A stretch of 60,000 nt of DNA from Tubulanus polymorphus (Eukaryota > Animalia > Nemertea). Where the stretch lies: the NCBI RefSeq assembly GCF_964204645.1, contig NW_027437477.1, forward strand, positions 1 to 60,000, written 5' to 3'. Below the pieces are notes generated by a model, which saw only the letters and a list, made by a program, of their open reading frames with translations, ran no database searches and was not told where the DNA came from. This document shows positions 37,437 through 50,000 of this stretch, one piece after another. The position numbers and the translations under genes were made by a program. Each line of letters begins with the position of its first letter. Position 1 is the stretch's first letter.

Positions 37437-37566
37437 GTTGTGTCCTTGCGTCTAAAAAGATCATCGATTTCACGGTATGAACTTAGAAAAGAACTAAATC
37501 ACACACAAAAAAACTGCATGCACGAAATAACTTTTCTAACCTGGTTACCATCAGCTGGTTTGTCTT

Positions 37567-38100
37567 TATCCATCCCAGAAGTCTACGTTATCGGCGACAT
37601 ATTGGGACCAGTGTTTTTTTTTCTGAACAGACGGTTTTCTTCTGTCGGGTCTTTTGCTTCCGGGACAACGGCTTAAATTGTTGCAAAAATGATTCGTCAA
37701 CGAAAACTGTTTTTTTATCCACTCCCAAGGCAAGCGTGCCATGCGGCCTGAAATACATAAATTCGTTAATTAGTCCCTAATCCATCACAAACAACTGTTG
37801 ATGTTGAACCGGTGACCGGTAGCAGGGTCTTAATTAATCTTTCCATGATTTCTTTGTCTTGCAGAAGTGGAAACATTGTTTAATAAGCCAGTGGTCATCT
37901 TCACCCATCAGGGGATTCGAACCTACTAAGTCGATGGATCTTTGTGGTGCCCGAGCACCTGAGAAAGGATTACTTTTCATTAATGTCCGAAAGAAAAAGA
38001 AAAACCTGAACATTATATCCAAATTTCGAAAAATCTTGACAAAGATAATGACACTGACTTTTTGAAGCGCACTTTGAGAAAATTTTAGGGGTTTCGTTCG
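37567..38100. repeat. ~530-bp dispersed duplication, direct copy of ~58743-59260
   Basis: Near-identical from TATCCATCCCAGAAGTCTACG through GACTTTTTGAAGCGCACTTTGA. Confidence 0.9.
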
Positions 38101-38469
38101 CTACCCTCGATCCCCCTAAAAAAACACAGGTCGAAATAGAATTTCGGCACAATTAGCGGTTCATTATACAACCACGTTTTACCCATCGAAACTACAGAGG
38201 TTATTCGTTCGGAAAATTCGAGCGATATAAAGTTTTTAAAAATAGTATGACGCATCAAGTTCATTCGTCGTTAGTACCAACCAACTCGAGTGCGTAATTG
38301 ACATCGACCGCTTTACCAACAAACTGGGTGCGTAATTGGTAATCGTAGCTTTTCCTAAAAAATTAAATAATTTGTTCGACGTCAACTACTGAAAGTAATC
38401 AATGTGTTGGGATTTCTGGTTTTTCGGCATCGAGGCGCATTTTGACTCAAGACTAGTGTTGTCAAGACT

Positions 38470-38897
38470 TGACGAATACTCACCGGCTTCACCGGTGTAC
38501 CATCCGTACACTTCCAGTTGTAAACACGATGAACCGACGTATGAAATAACATGAAACTGAACTAATGTGGTAGTAACAGGACGCTTCAGACTAAAAAACA
38601 TCTCTGGAAAGTTTTCTATGACACCTGCCGGCGAAAATATTCTCTGAATTGCAAAAACATGAACAAATTTACTAAAATAAAACATGATACCTAGTTTCGT
38701 TAATTAGTTCATTTCTATAACTGCCGAGTCTGTTATTGTAAGCTTGATCATGGTTTTAAAAAGATAATGTACAGGGTAGATAGACGGCCGGTTTGATCAG
38801 TGGAGACTCGAGTTCAATCCGCAGCTGATGAGGCTTTCGAGTAGTTTTTTTTCTAATCTTAGGTCGGAGATATACCTTATCCCTGAACGGCGGTTCA
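38470..38897 (-). pseudogene. Duplicated fragment of the large receptor gene (discoidin/FA58C exon plus intron), copy of ~47899-48326
   Basis: Near-identical exon [41 protein letters not shown] and adjacent intron. Confidence 0.8.
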
Positions 38898-38959
38898 ATA
38901 TTCAAGAAGAGAAGGAGGAAGTCGTTTAATTTCAAAATGAATTCAAGAATTATGTTTTC

Positions 38960-39913
38960 TCACTGGCATTTCATCACACGGATGGCCACGGTACGAAATT
39001 GTTTACTTGCTAGAATATGCAGATAAAAATTCATCGCATAATTCAAGGCGAATATCTTCGAAGCGATGTAAGAAGCAGGTCTCAGCTCGACATCCAAGCC
39101 CTCGACCGCGCGTAGAGACGACAGTAGACAAACCGGAATCATAGTCACCACGAAGAACGTCATAACGGCCAGCACCATGCGACTGGCTTGATTGGTTTTT
39201 ATCGAACCGTTTCCCGAAGCGGACGACGCCGCATCGCTCGACCGCATCGTGACGACCATCACGATAGTCGCTACTGTAATAATCACTGCTGGAAAATATA
39301 TGAACAATGAATATAAAGCGTATTGGGTCGAAACGTAAACAAAACTCGGAAATGTGCATTTTTCTATCGGGGATCGGTCGTCACAAGTGATCGTCCACGT
39401 GAAGGAAAATATAGCAAACATCAGCGCAGTCAGAGTGGCGCACATTATAGACGATGTTTTCGGTGTCCAGAAACGTTTGGCAGTGAAAGGAAAGTGGATA
39501 GCGCAGAGTCTCTCAATCGTTACGAGAACTAATAAAACTGGACTCATCGACGTCGTCAGAACGACTAGTTGTTCGTGAATGATAACTGCCCAAACGCTGT
39601 AGAAAGAGATGACGTTTTCGCCGAGGAATCTCATCCCGATAATGTGCACGAGAATACAAGCGGCTTCGCCTACGCGCACGTTGTCGGAAATGGCCAGACT
39701 GAACAGGAATCGACTGTAAGATAGTTTCCAGAAGCTTCGCTTCAACATTATGATAACTATGAAATTGTTTCCCGTAAATCCGAAGATAACGAAGAGAACG
39801 GTGAAACAGCAATCAAGCGTTAGTTCCAAATCGGAGCGATGACTGACATCTAAATGTGTTAGTAATCTGTATTCGAGAGGGCTGGGTATTCGAGTCATAT
39901 TAGGCCTAACCAT
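38960..39913 (-). CDS. Intronless rhodopsin-class GPCR (peptide-receptor-like/chemoreceptor-type)
   Basis: Seven hydrophobic segments with GN (TM1), LAISD (TM2), TIERLCAIHFPF (TM3) and NYAMNFYL (TM7). Confidence 0.9.
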   Translation of the reverse strand: MVRPNMTRIPSPLEYRLLTHLDVSHRSDLELTLDCCFTVLFVIFGFTGNNFIVIIMLKRSFWKLSYSRFLFSLAISDNVRVGEAACILVHIIGMRFLGENVISFYSVWAVIIHEQLVVLTTSMSPVLLVLVTIERLCAIHFPFTAKRFWTPKTSSIMCATLTALMFAIFSFTWTITCDDRSPIEKCTFPSFVYVSTQYALYSLFIYFPAVIITVATIVMVVTMRSSDAASSASGNGSIKTNQASRMVLAVMTFFVVTMIPVCLLSSLRAVEGLDVELRPASYIASKIFALNYAMNFYLHILASKQFRTVAIRVMKCQ

Positions 39914-41072
39914 AGCAAATAATGGAAACTATCTTTACAACGCGCTACCACAAAATATAATAAACTGTCGGTGCCGTTTTCGTGAGGAAATCAGATATCA
40001 TTTATAAGTCCGACATTGTTATACGGATACCTGCTGCGATACTGACACGAGTTGACGTGGTCATCACAATACACTTTTCAGATTCAGATTCAGACTTTTC
40101 AAGATTGATTGATTTTTAAACATATTTCTCATTCTGACATTCGTAGTTGCGGAAATATGGATTACTCGTTAAACGTGTTGCAAAATTGAAATGATGTACA
40201 ACGCTTAACCATCGATATCACCTTTGCATACGAGAATGAGTGTGTGCATTTTCGTGTGTCCCTGTCTTTATTTCTAAGGGTGAAACAAGCTTTGCTTTCT
40301 TCCGGGCTATTCGTCTGTTATTTAACATCAGTATATTATGCATTCAGTAGAATTGAGAAGCGGCAACTCGTAAATTTAACTTTCTGACTAATTTCAAAGA
40401 AACAACAAAACTCACTTGAACACCATGAACAATAACACATATATTGCTTATATCGTCGACAATAGATAATATAAACATATAAAATCTCTCTAAATATTAC
40501 ATTGTATGTATGGATTATTAAAAATAAAAAAACTATACTATATGATATAAATCAAAAGAATCAATAAAGTCTAATTTGAATAATTAAATTATGACCGGCA
40601 ACCAGTCTCATCCCGATATAATGATGACGTAGTACACATCATCTCAAAAATAATCATCGTAATAATCAAACTTAAAACCGGGAGAATGAAATGTATTCAA
40701 TTACGAAATAGCCAAAATTCACAATTGTAATTGTTATTTTGCAACACCAATATTGATGACGTAGTGCACAACGACTCATACGTAATATACTAAATGCCAT
40801 TAATATTTATTGTGCAAGACATAAAAATTCTTTAGATAGAATACAACGTGACATAAAATGTGTTCGATTATCGGAATAGACGCCAAAATTCGCATTTTGT
40901 TACTTTTTCTGGAAGGCCAATAAATGACGTAGTTAGTTCACATCGATTCAGGCATTTCCCATAAACAACGCGTAAATACAACGGGAAATTTGTGACGACA
41001 TTGGGACGCTCCCATTTACGACGTCAAAAAGTGGACGGACTTTTCCTCAAAGACCGATGATGGATGTCATCA

Positions 41073-44000
41073 CTATGCAGCTGTTTTCTTCAAATTGTTG
41101 ATTTGTCGCAGAAGATACTTTACAATTTTCCCGAACTGCAGAATATCGAGCGTCGAGTCGGTTTTACCGTAGAACTTATCGGTAGCGATAAACACCTCCA
41201 ATATGTTTGTACACGAGTTCTGAAGATACAGAGAAATCGGACGATGTAGTATCTGTATATTGAGGTTATAACTGTTGGGATATGGCGAGTGGGATTTTAT
41301 AGTGCCAAAAAGGATAGTATATTAACCCATCCTCGCTTTCCAGGGTTTAATCTCACGCTAACAGAAAACCTGGCCGCAGACCTTTCATATTGGTCTATTA
41401 CCGCAACCCAAGAAATCTTGGGCTGTATAGTAGACCGATGAACAATACATATTCTACCTTAGCATTTCCAACAAGTACTGCGTTCACATCCAGTTTTTTA
41501 ACGGATAGATCTCTGGAATGAAGCTCTTGTAACACTTCAGCCAGTCGTTGAACCACGACGTGAATTCTACGCGGGCTCGCGTAGCATCGGAAATACGATA
41601 CTAGGGGATCCAGGTCATGATGCATATCACGCTGACCTTCAGGAACGACTGATAAAATGTTCGGTACTAACAGAGTCATTTCTTCTGTATTGTCACTGCA
41701 TCTGTCCTCAGTAACTTGATAAAATAAGAAAACGTGCAATTAGGGAACTTATGGCCTCGTGGCCGAACGTCAATGTCGACTATTATTTCTTACCTGGCGT
41801 GTTCCTGTTCCCCCTGGCAATATTTCTTTTTCTAAAAAGGATGTTCAAATGTGTATTAGGTCTTAATCGAACGTCCTAACAAAGGAAAAGACGAAAAGTG
41901 ATTTAGATATCGACATATCATACCTGATGGAACGCAGCCCGGCTATCGTGTACAGTATCGGATTTATAGCGCTGTTTATCGGCAGTACAAAAACGGCTAT
42001 CCACGCGTACACGTCACTCGGTATGGTTACCTGTCCACTAACGGCCAGCATGCCTAAATATGTGATGAGAAAAATTAAAACAATGTTAAACCTTCCATGA
42101 CGAATGCTTTTTCCTTGGAACAAGAATCATCTGGCACAGGTCTCTTTTCAATGAAACAACACCTTTCTGTGAACCGTAAACTGTATATTGGGAATGAAGC
42201 CACCGGAAGAGATGCCTCTGAATGTTGCAATATTGCAACAAATTCTACCGGTAAAATTACACTTTTTGCGAAGTAGGAAAACGATAGCGCTAGGAAAACT
42301 TGATAAATCCTAATAAACACTTTAAAACCTAAAATATCGGTACAAACGAAATTCATGGGTATAATCTGGAGAATTTAGAAAATATAAATAGTGAGATGAT
42401 GTATTTCTAGATGACCTACCGAGAACGATTATCGGCATCCAAGCGCAGAAATCAGTTAGAACAATCAGCATCATCTTTCTCGCAACGGCCACCTCCTTTT
42501 TTTGACACTTAGTTTGACGACGTGCTGTTTGTAGACTCTGAGACATGGCTCTGTACATCCACGCGTAACAGCACGCTATAATCATAAAACCTACAAAATT
42601 CAACCCGATAAAAACAGCTACCGAATACTCCCAACCGGGCCGTTTCTCTGAGGTCAGATGTAGAGACAAACAAACTCCGGAACGCGAGTAAAACCCTCCT
42701 CCGAAATAATCAATAGGCAAAAGAGGAATAGCGGCAAGGACAACTCCGGCTAGCCACGAGATAGCAATTCCGAACAGCGCTCGCGAAGGCGTCAGTTTCA
42801 TTCGTGAAAGCGGGAAAACAACTGCAACGAATCTGTCGAGGGACATGATCAGTAACATGAACATGGATACTTCGCTGGATAGACTAGCGAGAAACCCGGC
42901 CAGATGACACAACCATCCGTTCCTCCAACTCTCATCGTAAAGAATGTACGTACCCCGATAATACGAGTCAGCACTGGCGATTATGTACATGTAAAAACCC
43001 ATGAAAAAGTCAGAAACCGCCAAACTGACCGTCAACCGATTGTTAGCCGATCGCGTATCGAAAAGATAGCGTATCAATATCGCCAACAGATTCCCGAACA
43101 GAGCTACCGTACCGACAATCCACAAACTGTAGGTCAAAACATCGCTACGCATCAAGTCGGTGCAGGATGAAAACTGATTCTTCGGCGGAAAACAATTTTC
43201 TTCCGAAACTCCTGGAGGAGCCATACAACAGAATTTATAAAAGTTGCTACGTAAATGGGCCAGGTTTGTCAGTTCACTGAAAACTTCCGTTGTAAATGTC
43301 TCCAGTTTATTCTCAGCAAGGTCTAAATTGGTAACTTCTCCGAGACCCATAAAAGCGCCGTCCTGTATTTCGAAGATGTTGCTCCCTGAGAGATTCAGGC
43401 GTCGTAACGAGCGAAGCCCGAAAAACATACCGGCTGTAAGTGTGTTTAAATTAACTGCGTGTAGATCGAGTGACGTCAGAGTGGACGTGTTTCTAAACGC
43501 GTGCGATTCTATCACTGTCAGATCTCTGCTGTCGTACAAGTGTAGAATACGAAGGTTACCGAGATCGCTCAAACTGCCTGATTTAAGAATCACCAGCGGA
43601 TTCCGACGTAAATCGAGAAAAATTAGATTCACCAGATACGAGACGACGCCTTCGGATAACTGAGTGATGCCGCACAACCTCAGATCTAAATGGGTCAAAT
43701 AAACGAACGGTCTGAACGTCGAGTTGTCCAAAACGAGTCGAGTATTATTGAATAGATCTAAGGAACGAGACGCCGCGTACCGGCCATCGGGAGGGAGTCG
43801 CGTCAAATCAGCTGATTCACAAAATACCGAATACCCGTAACCGGTACAAGCACGAGGAATGATAAAGTCGCAGAATCGTTCGTCGTCGTTATTCGGACAG
43901 TGAGTTTTACCGTCGCACATTTCATCCAGTCGCACGCACTGTTCAGTCGAAGAACACCGGTACATACCCGGGCAGACGAACTCATCTGTAAATCAATATA

Positions 44001-47000
44001 AACATCTTCCGTTTAGGAAGCGATAGAAAAATCACTGTAAAACACGAATGAATCTGGATTTAGTTTCGTACCACATTTTTGTTCGTCTTCTTTATCGGGA
44101 CAATTCGGTTGCCCGTCACAGACGAATTCGGCTGCGAGGCAGTAGCTGTCGGGACACTTGAAATATCCGCTAGGACAAACAAAACTGTCTGAAATCGTTA
44201 AAGTATTAAACTGAACTCATTCGTTAACACAATACCGAGGGAATCATTCTATGGGGGTATTTGGACCACTGCCTTCTCATTTCGATTGTCGGGACAGATA
44301 ATGGTTAAAACCTGCACGGCGTGGTGAGTAAGGGATATACAACTCAAATCAAATATGAATCAGTGGAAAAATTCCCTATTTTAACGCGATATTTCTTTAA
44401 GAATTCTCTAACCTCATTCGCGGCTGTTTCATCCCAAAAAATGGCATTATTTTCCCTTTGCACCCCGAGTTCCGATTTACCTATAGACCTACCCCGACAA
44501 TGTCATATATTATGATTACCGCAGTTTAAGAGATGTGAATAATCTCGACACGGAGTCACAGAACCGTACTGATCCGTATTGTACAAACATCTCAGCGACG
44601 AGTTGTAAACGAAACCATTCGAACAGTGTTTATATCCAACTTGCATCGTCGCTGAAATAAGACAGATTCGCGAAAGTCTCGAAATAGATGAAAATGATCA
44701 ATAGAGAACGCTGATGATAATAGGGAATGGTTATGATCATAACGTACGTTTTGGACAACCGACTTCATCTTCCCGAAATCCACCGGAACAATCTAGAGTG
44801 ACGTCACATCTCCAACTGGCCGGGTAACACGAACCGTCGTAACATTGGAACCCGTTACATTCTGTCGAGAAAATTGAGTTTTCAGACATAATTGCGCATG
44901 TAACATTTTGACATGATGTCTCCTTGTGTCAATATAATACATTATAATTTTGATCAAAATCTTGGACAGGATTACGTATAAAGGACCCTTAACGCTGTAA
45001 CGTATAAGACATAGACCTCTCAATAGTTTAACGCTAAATACTATACCTCCACTGTGAAGCTCATCGGAGCCATCGACACAATCATCAATTCCATCATTCC
45101 TCTTTATCTCAGGAATACACTGACCGCTCGTACACGTGAATTCTGTAGCATCGCAAACCGGGTTTACTGAAGTAAATACGCGACGCGGGTATATTTAGAA
45201 TCTCGGATCAGTATAATTACGTACATTCAGTTTCGACACCGTTAGAAAACTTACAACAAAACGATTCGTCGGAGCCGTCCCCGCAATCATCTCTAAAATC
45301 GCATAAATACGATAACGATATACATCGCCCGCCTGTGCAGTGAAACTGTTCATCTGAACACGATCGCACTGAAAATATGGTTGATAAAAAGTTCGATGCA
45401 AGTTCAATATTCAGTAATCCATTAGATAGACTTATCAGTTATATTTTAGAGAAAATAGACATATCAAATGTATTTTCACGACAATAGGCCTATCAATTAT
45501 ATTCTCACTAAAACAGATTTTTATCAATCACGTTTTCTATTTACCGCAACCGATCTTCTCGTCCGAGGCGTCTCTACAATTATCGATACCGTCACAAACA
45601 TCAGTTACGTGAATACATTCTCCATTCAAACACGTGAACAAATCGTGATCAGCGCAAACTGAACGTTTCGGAAGCTGCGTCCAAATAACTTCAAAACGAA
45701 TACATAGAGAAAAATAATATAAGTTTAATGCAAAATATTCTAGATAAAATGGGCTAGAAACTATAGACGATGGGTTGAACGTACCCTGTTTTGTCGATGT
45801 GGTCCCCGTGCTTGGCTTTTTGCAAAGGAAGTGGTTCGTAGTTGACTGACCGCACGGAAAATCGAACCAGTTCGACAGAGCTGATTTCTGGATAATCGAC
45901 CTTTGCTCCAAATATACACATCTTTCTAAAACTCCTCCGTTAGGCTCACCCATAGCCCTGAATACATCAAACATTCTTTACTTAGATCCGTGGAATATGG
46001 ACAGGTTTTCGAATATTTGTTTAATTGAATACTTACCAGGCTGTAAACCCGAGAGCACTGTGGTCAACCCATCGGAAATTCCTGATACTAGTTGCATAAA
46101 TTAAACCTGAAAATGACGTGAGATTAGTTTGCGTATCCCAACGTCAGACCTCTCAACGAAATAATCCCTACCTAAATAGACTTTTCTTTCAGTAGTTTCC
46201 TTCAGCCATTTGGATACCAAAGCGACGTGAATGAATACGGCCTCCTGCTCGTTCTTAACACTAGCTAGAAAACCGCCTTCAGTTTGGCACAGTTTATTGG
46301 CCGTGTTTACCTTTAAAGGTGAGGAGCCGTTAGCAGTTTGGAATAGAAAACAATTTCCGTCGTAGTACAACCAGTGAGGGCCACATTCAGCGTCTGTCAT
46401 ACGAAAAAATCATAGTTTTATGATATTCAAAATAGTTTTAAAAAAATTGCCCGAGATATCTATTTCTAGGACCACGAAACTTATAATTACCCGAATTATT
46501 GGTAATTCGTTGATCGAATCCAATTTCCCGAGATCGATATCGAGCTAAAAATCCCGTTCCATCCGCAGCCGATAAGCTCACCGCCAGACGAACTGTTAAT
46601 CTGTTCCATTCGCTGTAGATGACATCGGGTGGCAGACGACTGTTACAGATACGACCGACCGACGGCTGAGATAAATCGATGTAGTTTACGCTGCACACGC
46701 CGAACGAAGCTTCCAGATTAAACTCGATGAATTGCAGTTGTATATAGTTGGTGAATTTGGTATCAATTTGCCACGTCGTGAAATAAGAGCGCCCGGTCAG
46801 AACGGGGAACATCGGCGACGCGAACACACCGCGCCTAGTGTGGTTTAACTGACGTTCTGTAGTGTCGATAGAATCCATGAATCCACTACCGGAACAATCT
46901 ACATTCGATATATTGTCCATGGTACATTCTGTTTTGATATCATGTAATACGATATTATGATTTGAAGTGTCAATCTACACAAATTCGAACAAACTTTTTT

Positions 47001-50000
47001 TTATAATCAAAACCCCATCTTCAGGAAATATTTGCGTGCATGGTTTGGACTTGCAACGCGATTGGTCCACCATGATTGCGAATAATGGACGATGGACGCT
47101 GAAAATCACTGAGATTCAGTCTCTAGCAGTCGGAAGGCCAACCCACAACCCTCTTCAGTGAAGACACAAAACATTTTGTATGCTCTAAACATCGTTCATA
47201 TTTCATCATCGTATAATCAAACAATGCTTACCTATATCTGTAATGTTTACTCTAAGCGAAAAATCTTTGCTGAAGATTAAACCGTGTCCAGTGCGAGTCA
47301 TCAGCCAGACGACTAGAACGTGATTCTCGTTCAAAACTATCGTCGGTAACTTCGCGTAGTTTCTCATTGTTTTTAACTGGTGGTTACCGTCATACAGTTT
47401 AACTTTGAATATATCTTCCGCTTTTTGGAAAACCCAGTGCACGTCGGGGTACGGCTGAGAAGATCAATAATTATACAATTGCAAATTAGTGATAGAATTA
47501 GACTTTTACTGAAGACGACTATTATGATAACCGTCGAATAAAGTACTCAAGGAAACATTTTCGGACTTTATTTTAAAGTTATTACTGTCGGATTCATAAT
47601 AAAGTTATCAATTAGACTTTAACTGTTTTGGTTCATTTAGAAAGATGATTGATACCAGTTGACTGAATGCGGGTAACTGCTGAATCGGATATTCGATGAG
47701 GTAATGTGTATTTATTGGAGAAGTGATGGTCCATTTGTAGCCACTATTCCACAGCTTATAGTCGTATAAACCAGTTTGAGTAATGTGTATTTCTGTAAAT
47801 GAGATTGACGTCTATAGTGAAGTATAGGCACAATGAAACGTTTGTTCTAACTTGGCGTTAAAACGGTATAACGTTTGTTTCAATGTGACGTTTCAATGTG
47901 ACGAATACTCACCGGCTTTACCGGTGTACCATCCGTACACTTCCAGTTGTAAACACGATGAACCGACGTATGAAATAACATGAAACTGAACTAATGTGGT
48001 AGTAACAGGACGCTTCAGACTAAAAAACATCTCTAGAAAGTTTTCTATGACACCTGCCGGCGAAAATATTCTCTGAATTGCAAAAACATGAACAAATTTA
48101 CTAAAATAAAACATGATACCTAGTTTCGTTAATTAGTTCATTTCTATAACTGCCGAGTCTGTTATTGTAAGCTTGATCATGGTTTTAAAAAGATAATGTA
48201 CAGGGTAGATAGACGGCCGGTTTGATCAGTGGAGACTCGAGTTCAATCCGCAGCTGATGAGGCTTTCGAGTAGTTTTTTTCTAAATCTAAGGTCGACGAC
48301 GTACCTTATCTTGGAAAGGCGGTTCATTGTAATAGACTAATCGCCCGGTTCTACGATGTTTCCAGAGAAACGCGATTCCATCGACGTAACTCCTGACTTG
48401 CTGAGCGCGTAGTTTTATCGAGAACATTGTCATCACGACTTCTCGTTCGAAATCAACCTAATACGTGTAAACAAGAGAAGACTAACGTCTGTCGACGAGA
48501 AATAACAAATAGATATCGCTCAATATCGTCGCAATGTTTGATGTAGAGTTATATGAAAAAATGATCAATAAAGTTTCGAATTGAATTTGGGTCAGTATTG
48601 ATTGAATTGAATTGACCGGCAACCAGTCTAGCCCAAGATGACATATCCGGTATATCATCGGCGGAAAAAATTCGTATATGGGTTCCAAAGATGTACGTAT
48701 ATTGCTTTACTTGTATATATTTGAGGTCTTCGTCTCCTGCGCACCAAGCGGTCGATTCTGGAATCATTCTGACGTCACCGGGATTACCGGAACTAGCTGT
48801 AATCTGGTTGTCTTTGATAAGTTGCGATGTGATTCCTAATGAATCTTCCCGTCTCTCAAATTCTAAAATACGCAGACAATACGGTTTCATATCGTATCCA
48901 AAAAGATAATCGTTTTTTGACAAGTGTTTTTCAGGGATAGGATGATAAAAAAGTGAATTTCTTGAAAGAAAGTAATGCATTTTCATTGACAACGACTTAT
49001 TCCAAAACGATAATTTTTCCAACAAAAATATCAATTTTAATGCCCAACAAACAAGTCTTTCGTCCACGCTAACCCCAGCCGAAGAACATCGCTAAACCTA
49101 ACCCCAGCTCGCTGCTAACCCTAACCCTAGCAGGGCTCGAACCTGCGACCTCTAGCATGCCAGCCAGGCACCCTAACCACTAGACCATAGACCAGTAGAC
49201 TGATGTACGGTGTTTGTCTGGTCAGTGTGGGTGACCTGGTGATCAGTAAGGTGTGGTGGCCAGATAACAATTCCCCGGATCAGAGTTTCTGATCATTGTC
49301 TAACGCGAGGGATTTTTTCTTATTCTTAACACGAGAAAATAGAAGAGCTGCAGGGGAGACTGGGACGAGGGGGGAGACTGGGACGAGGGGAGGGGGCGGA
49401 GTCGAATATCTGACACTGAGTTATGATAGTAATCAACCTATGACGGGAATACGCCGGCGTGAGCTCGATATGTTTTCACATTTTGACATTCTGTTATAGG
49501 TTTGTGACCGATTCCATAAACCCATCGCAGACGAAACGAGGAATATATTGTATTAAAAGATACAAAACGTTACATAAACAAATTTTCTGTTGAATTTCAA
49601 AAACTCACCCGATCCAAAAACCTGAACTTTACACACAATCGCAACGTTATTTCCTTTGCTTTTGAAAATCGTAACGAATCGACCGATTTTCGGCGCGTCG
49701 CAACGAATTTCCGTTCGATTCAAATCTACGTGTCGCAGCTCGTCGCAGTAATGTAGATTCTCCTTCCAGAACGTGGACGTGGTCACGTGAACAACCGCAC
49801 CGGGCATTTTATCATCGACCAATACTGAAATATGTTATCATATCATATTCGTGATGGCTTCGATACATTTAAAATGGCCCATAAGGAGCTGAATATATCC
49901 CGGTAGCCACTGTAGAACTCGGGCCTCGTAAACAAAAAAGAAAACAAAACTCTTAATTAAATATTCGCCAGTTCACTTCAGAGCGGTTACGATTTCGAAA

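Noticed and set aside
38825-38845. CTGATGAGGC motif (also ~48255)
   Set aside because: Lacks the GAAA/UH half; it sits in a short Pol III-like repeat.
49115-49195. Functional tRNA gene
   Set aside because: No acceptor stem and an irregular anticodon loop; treated as SINE-like.
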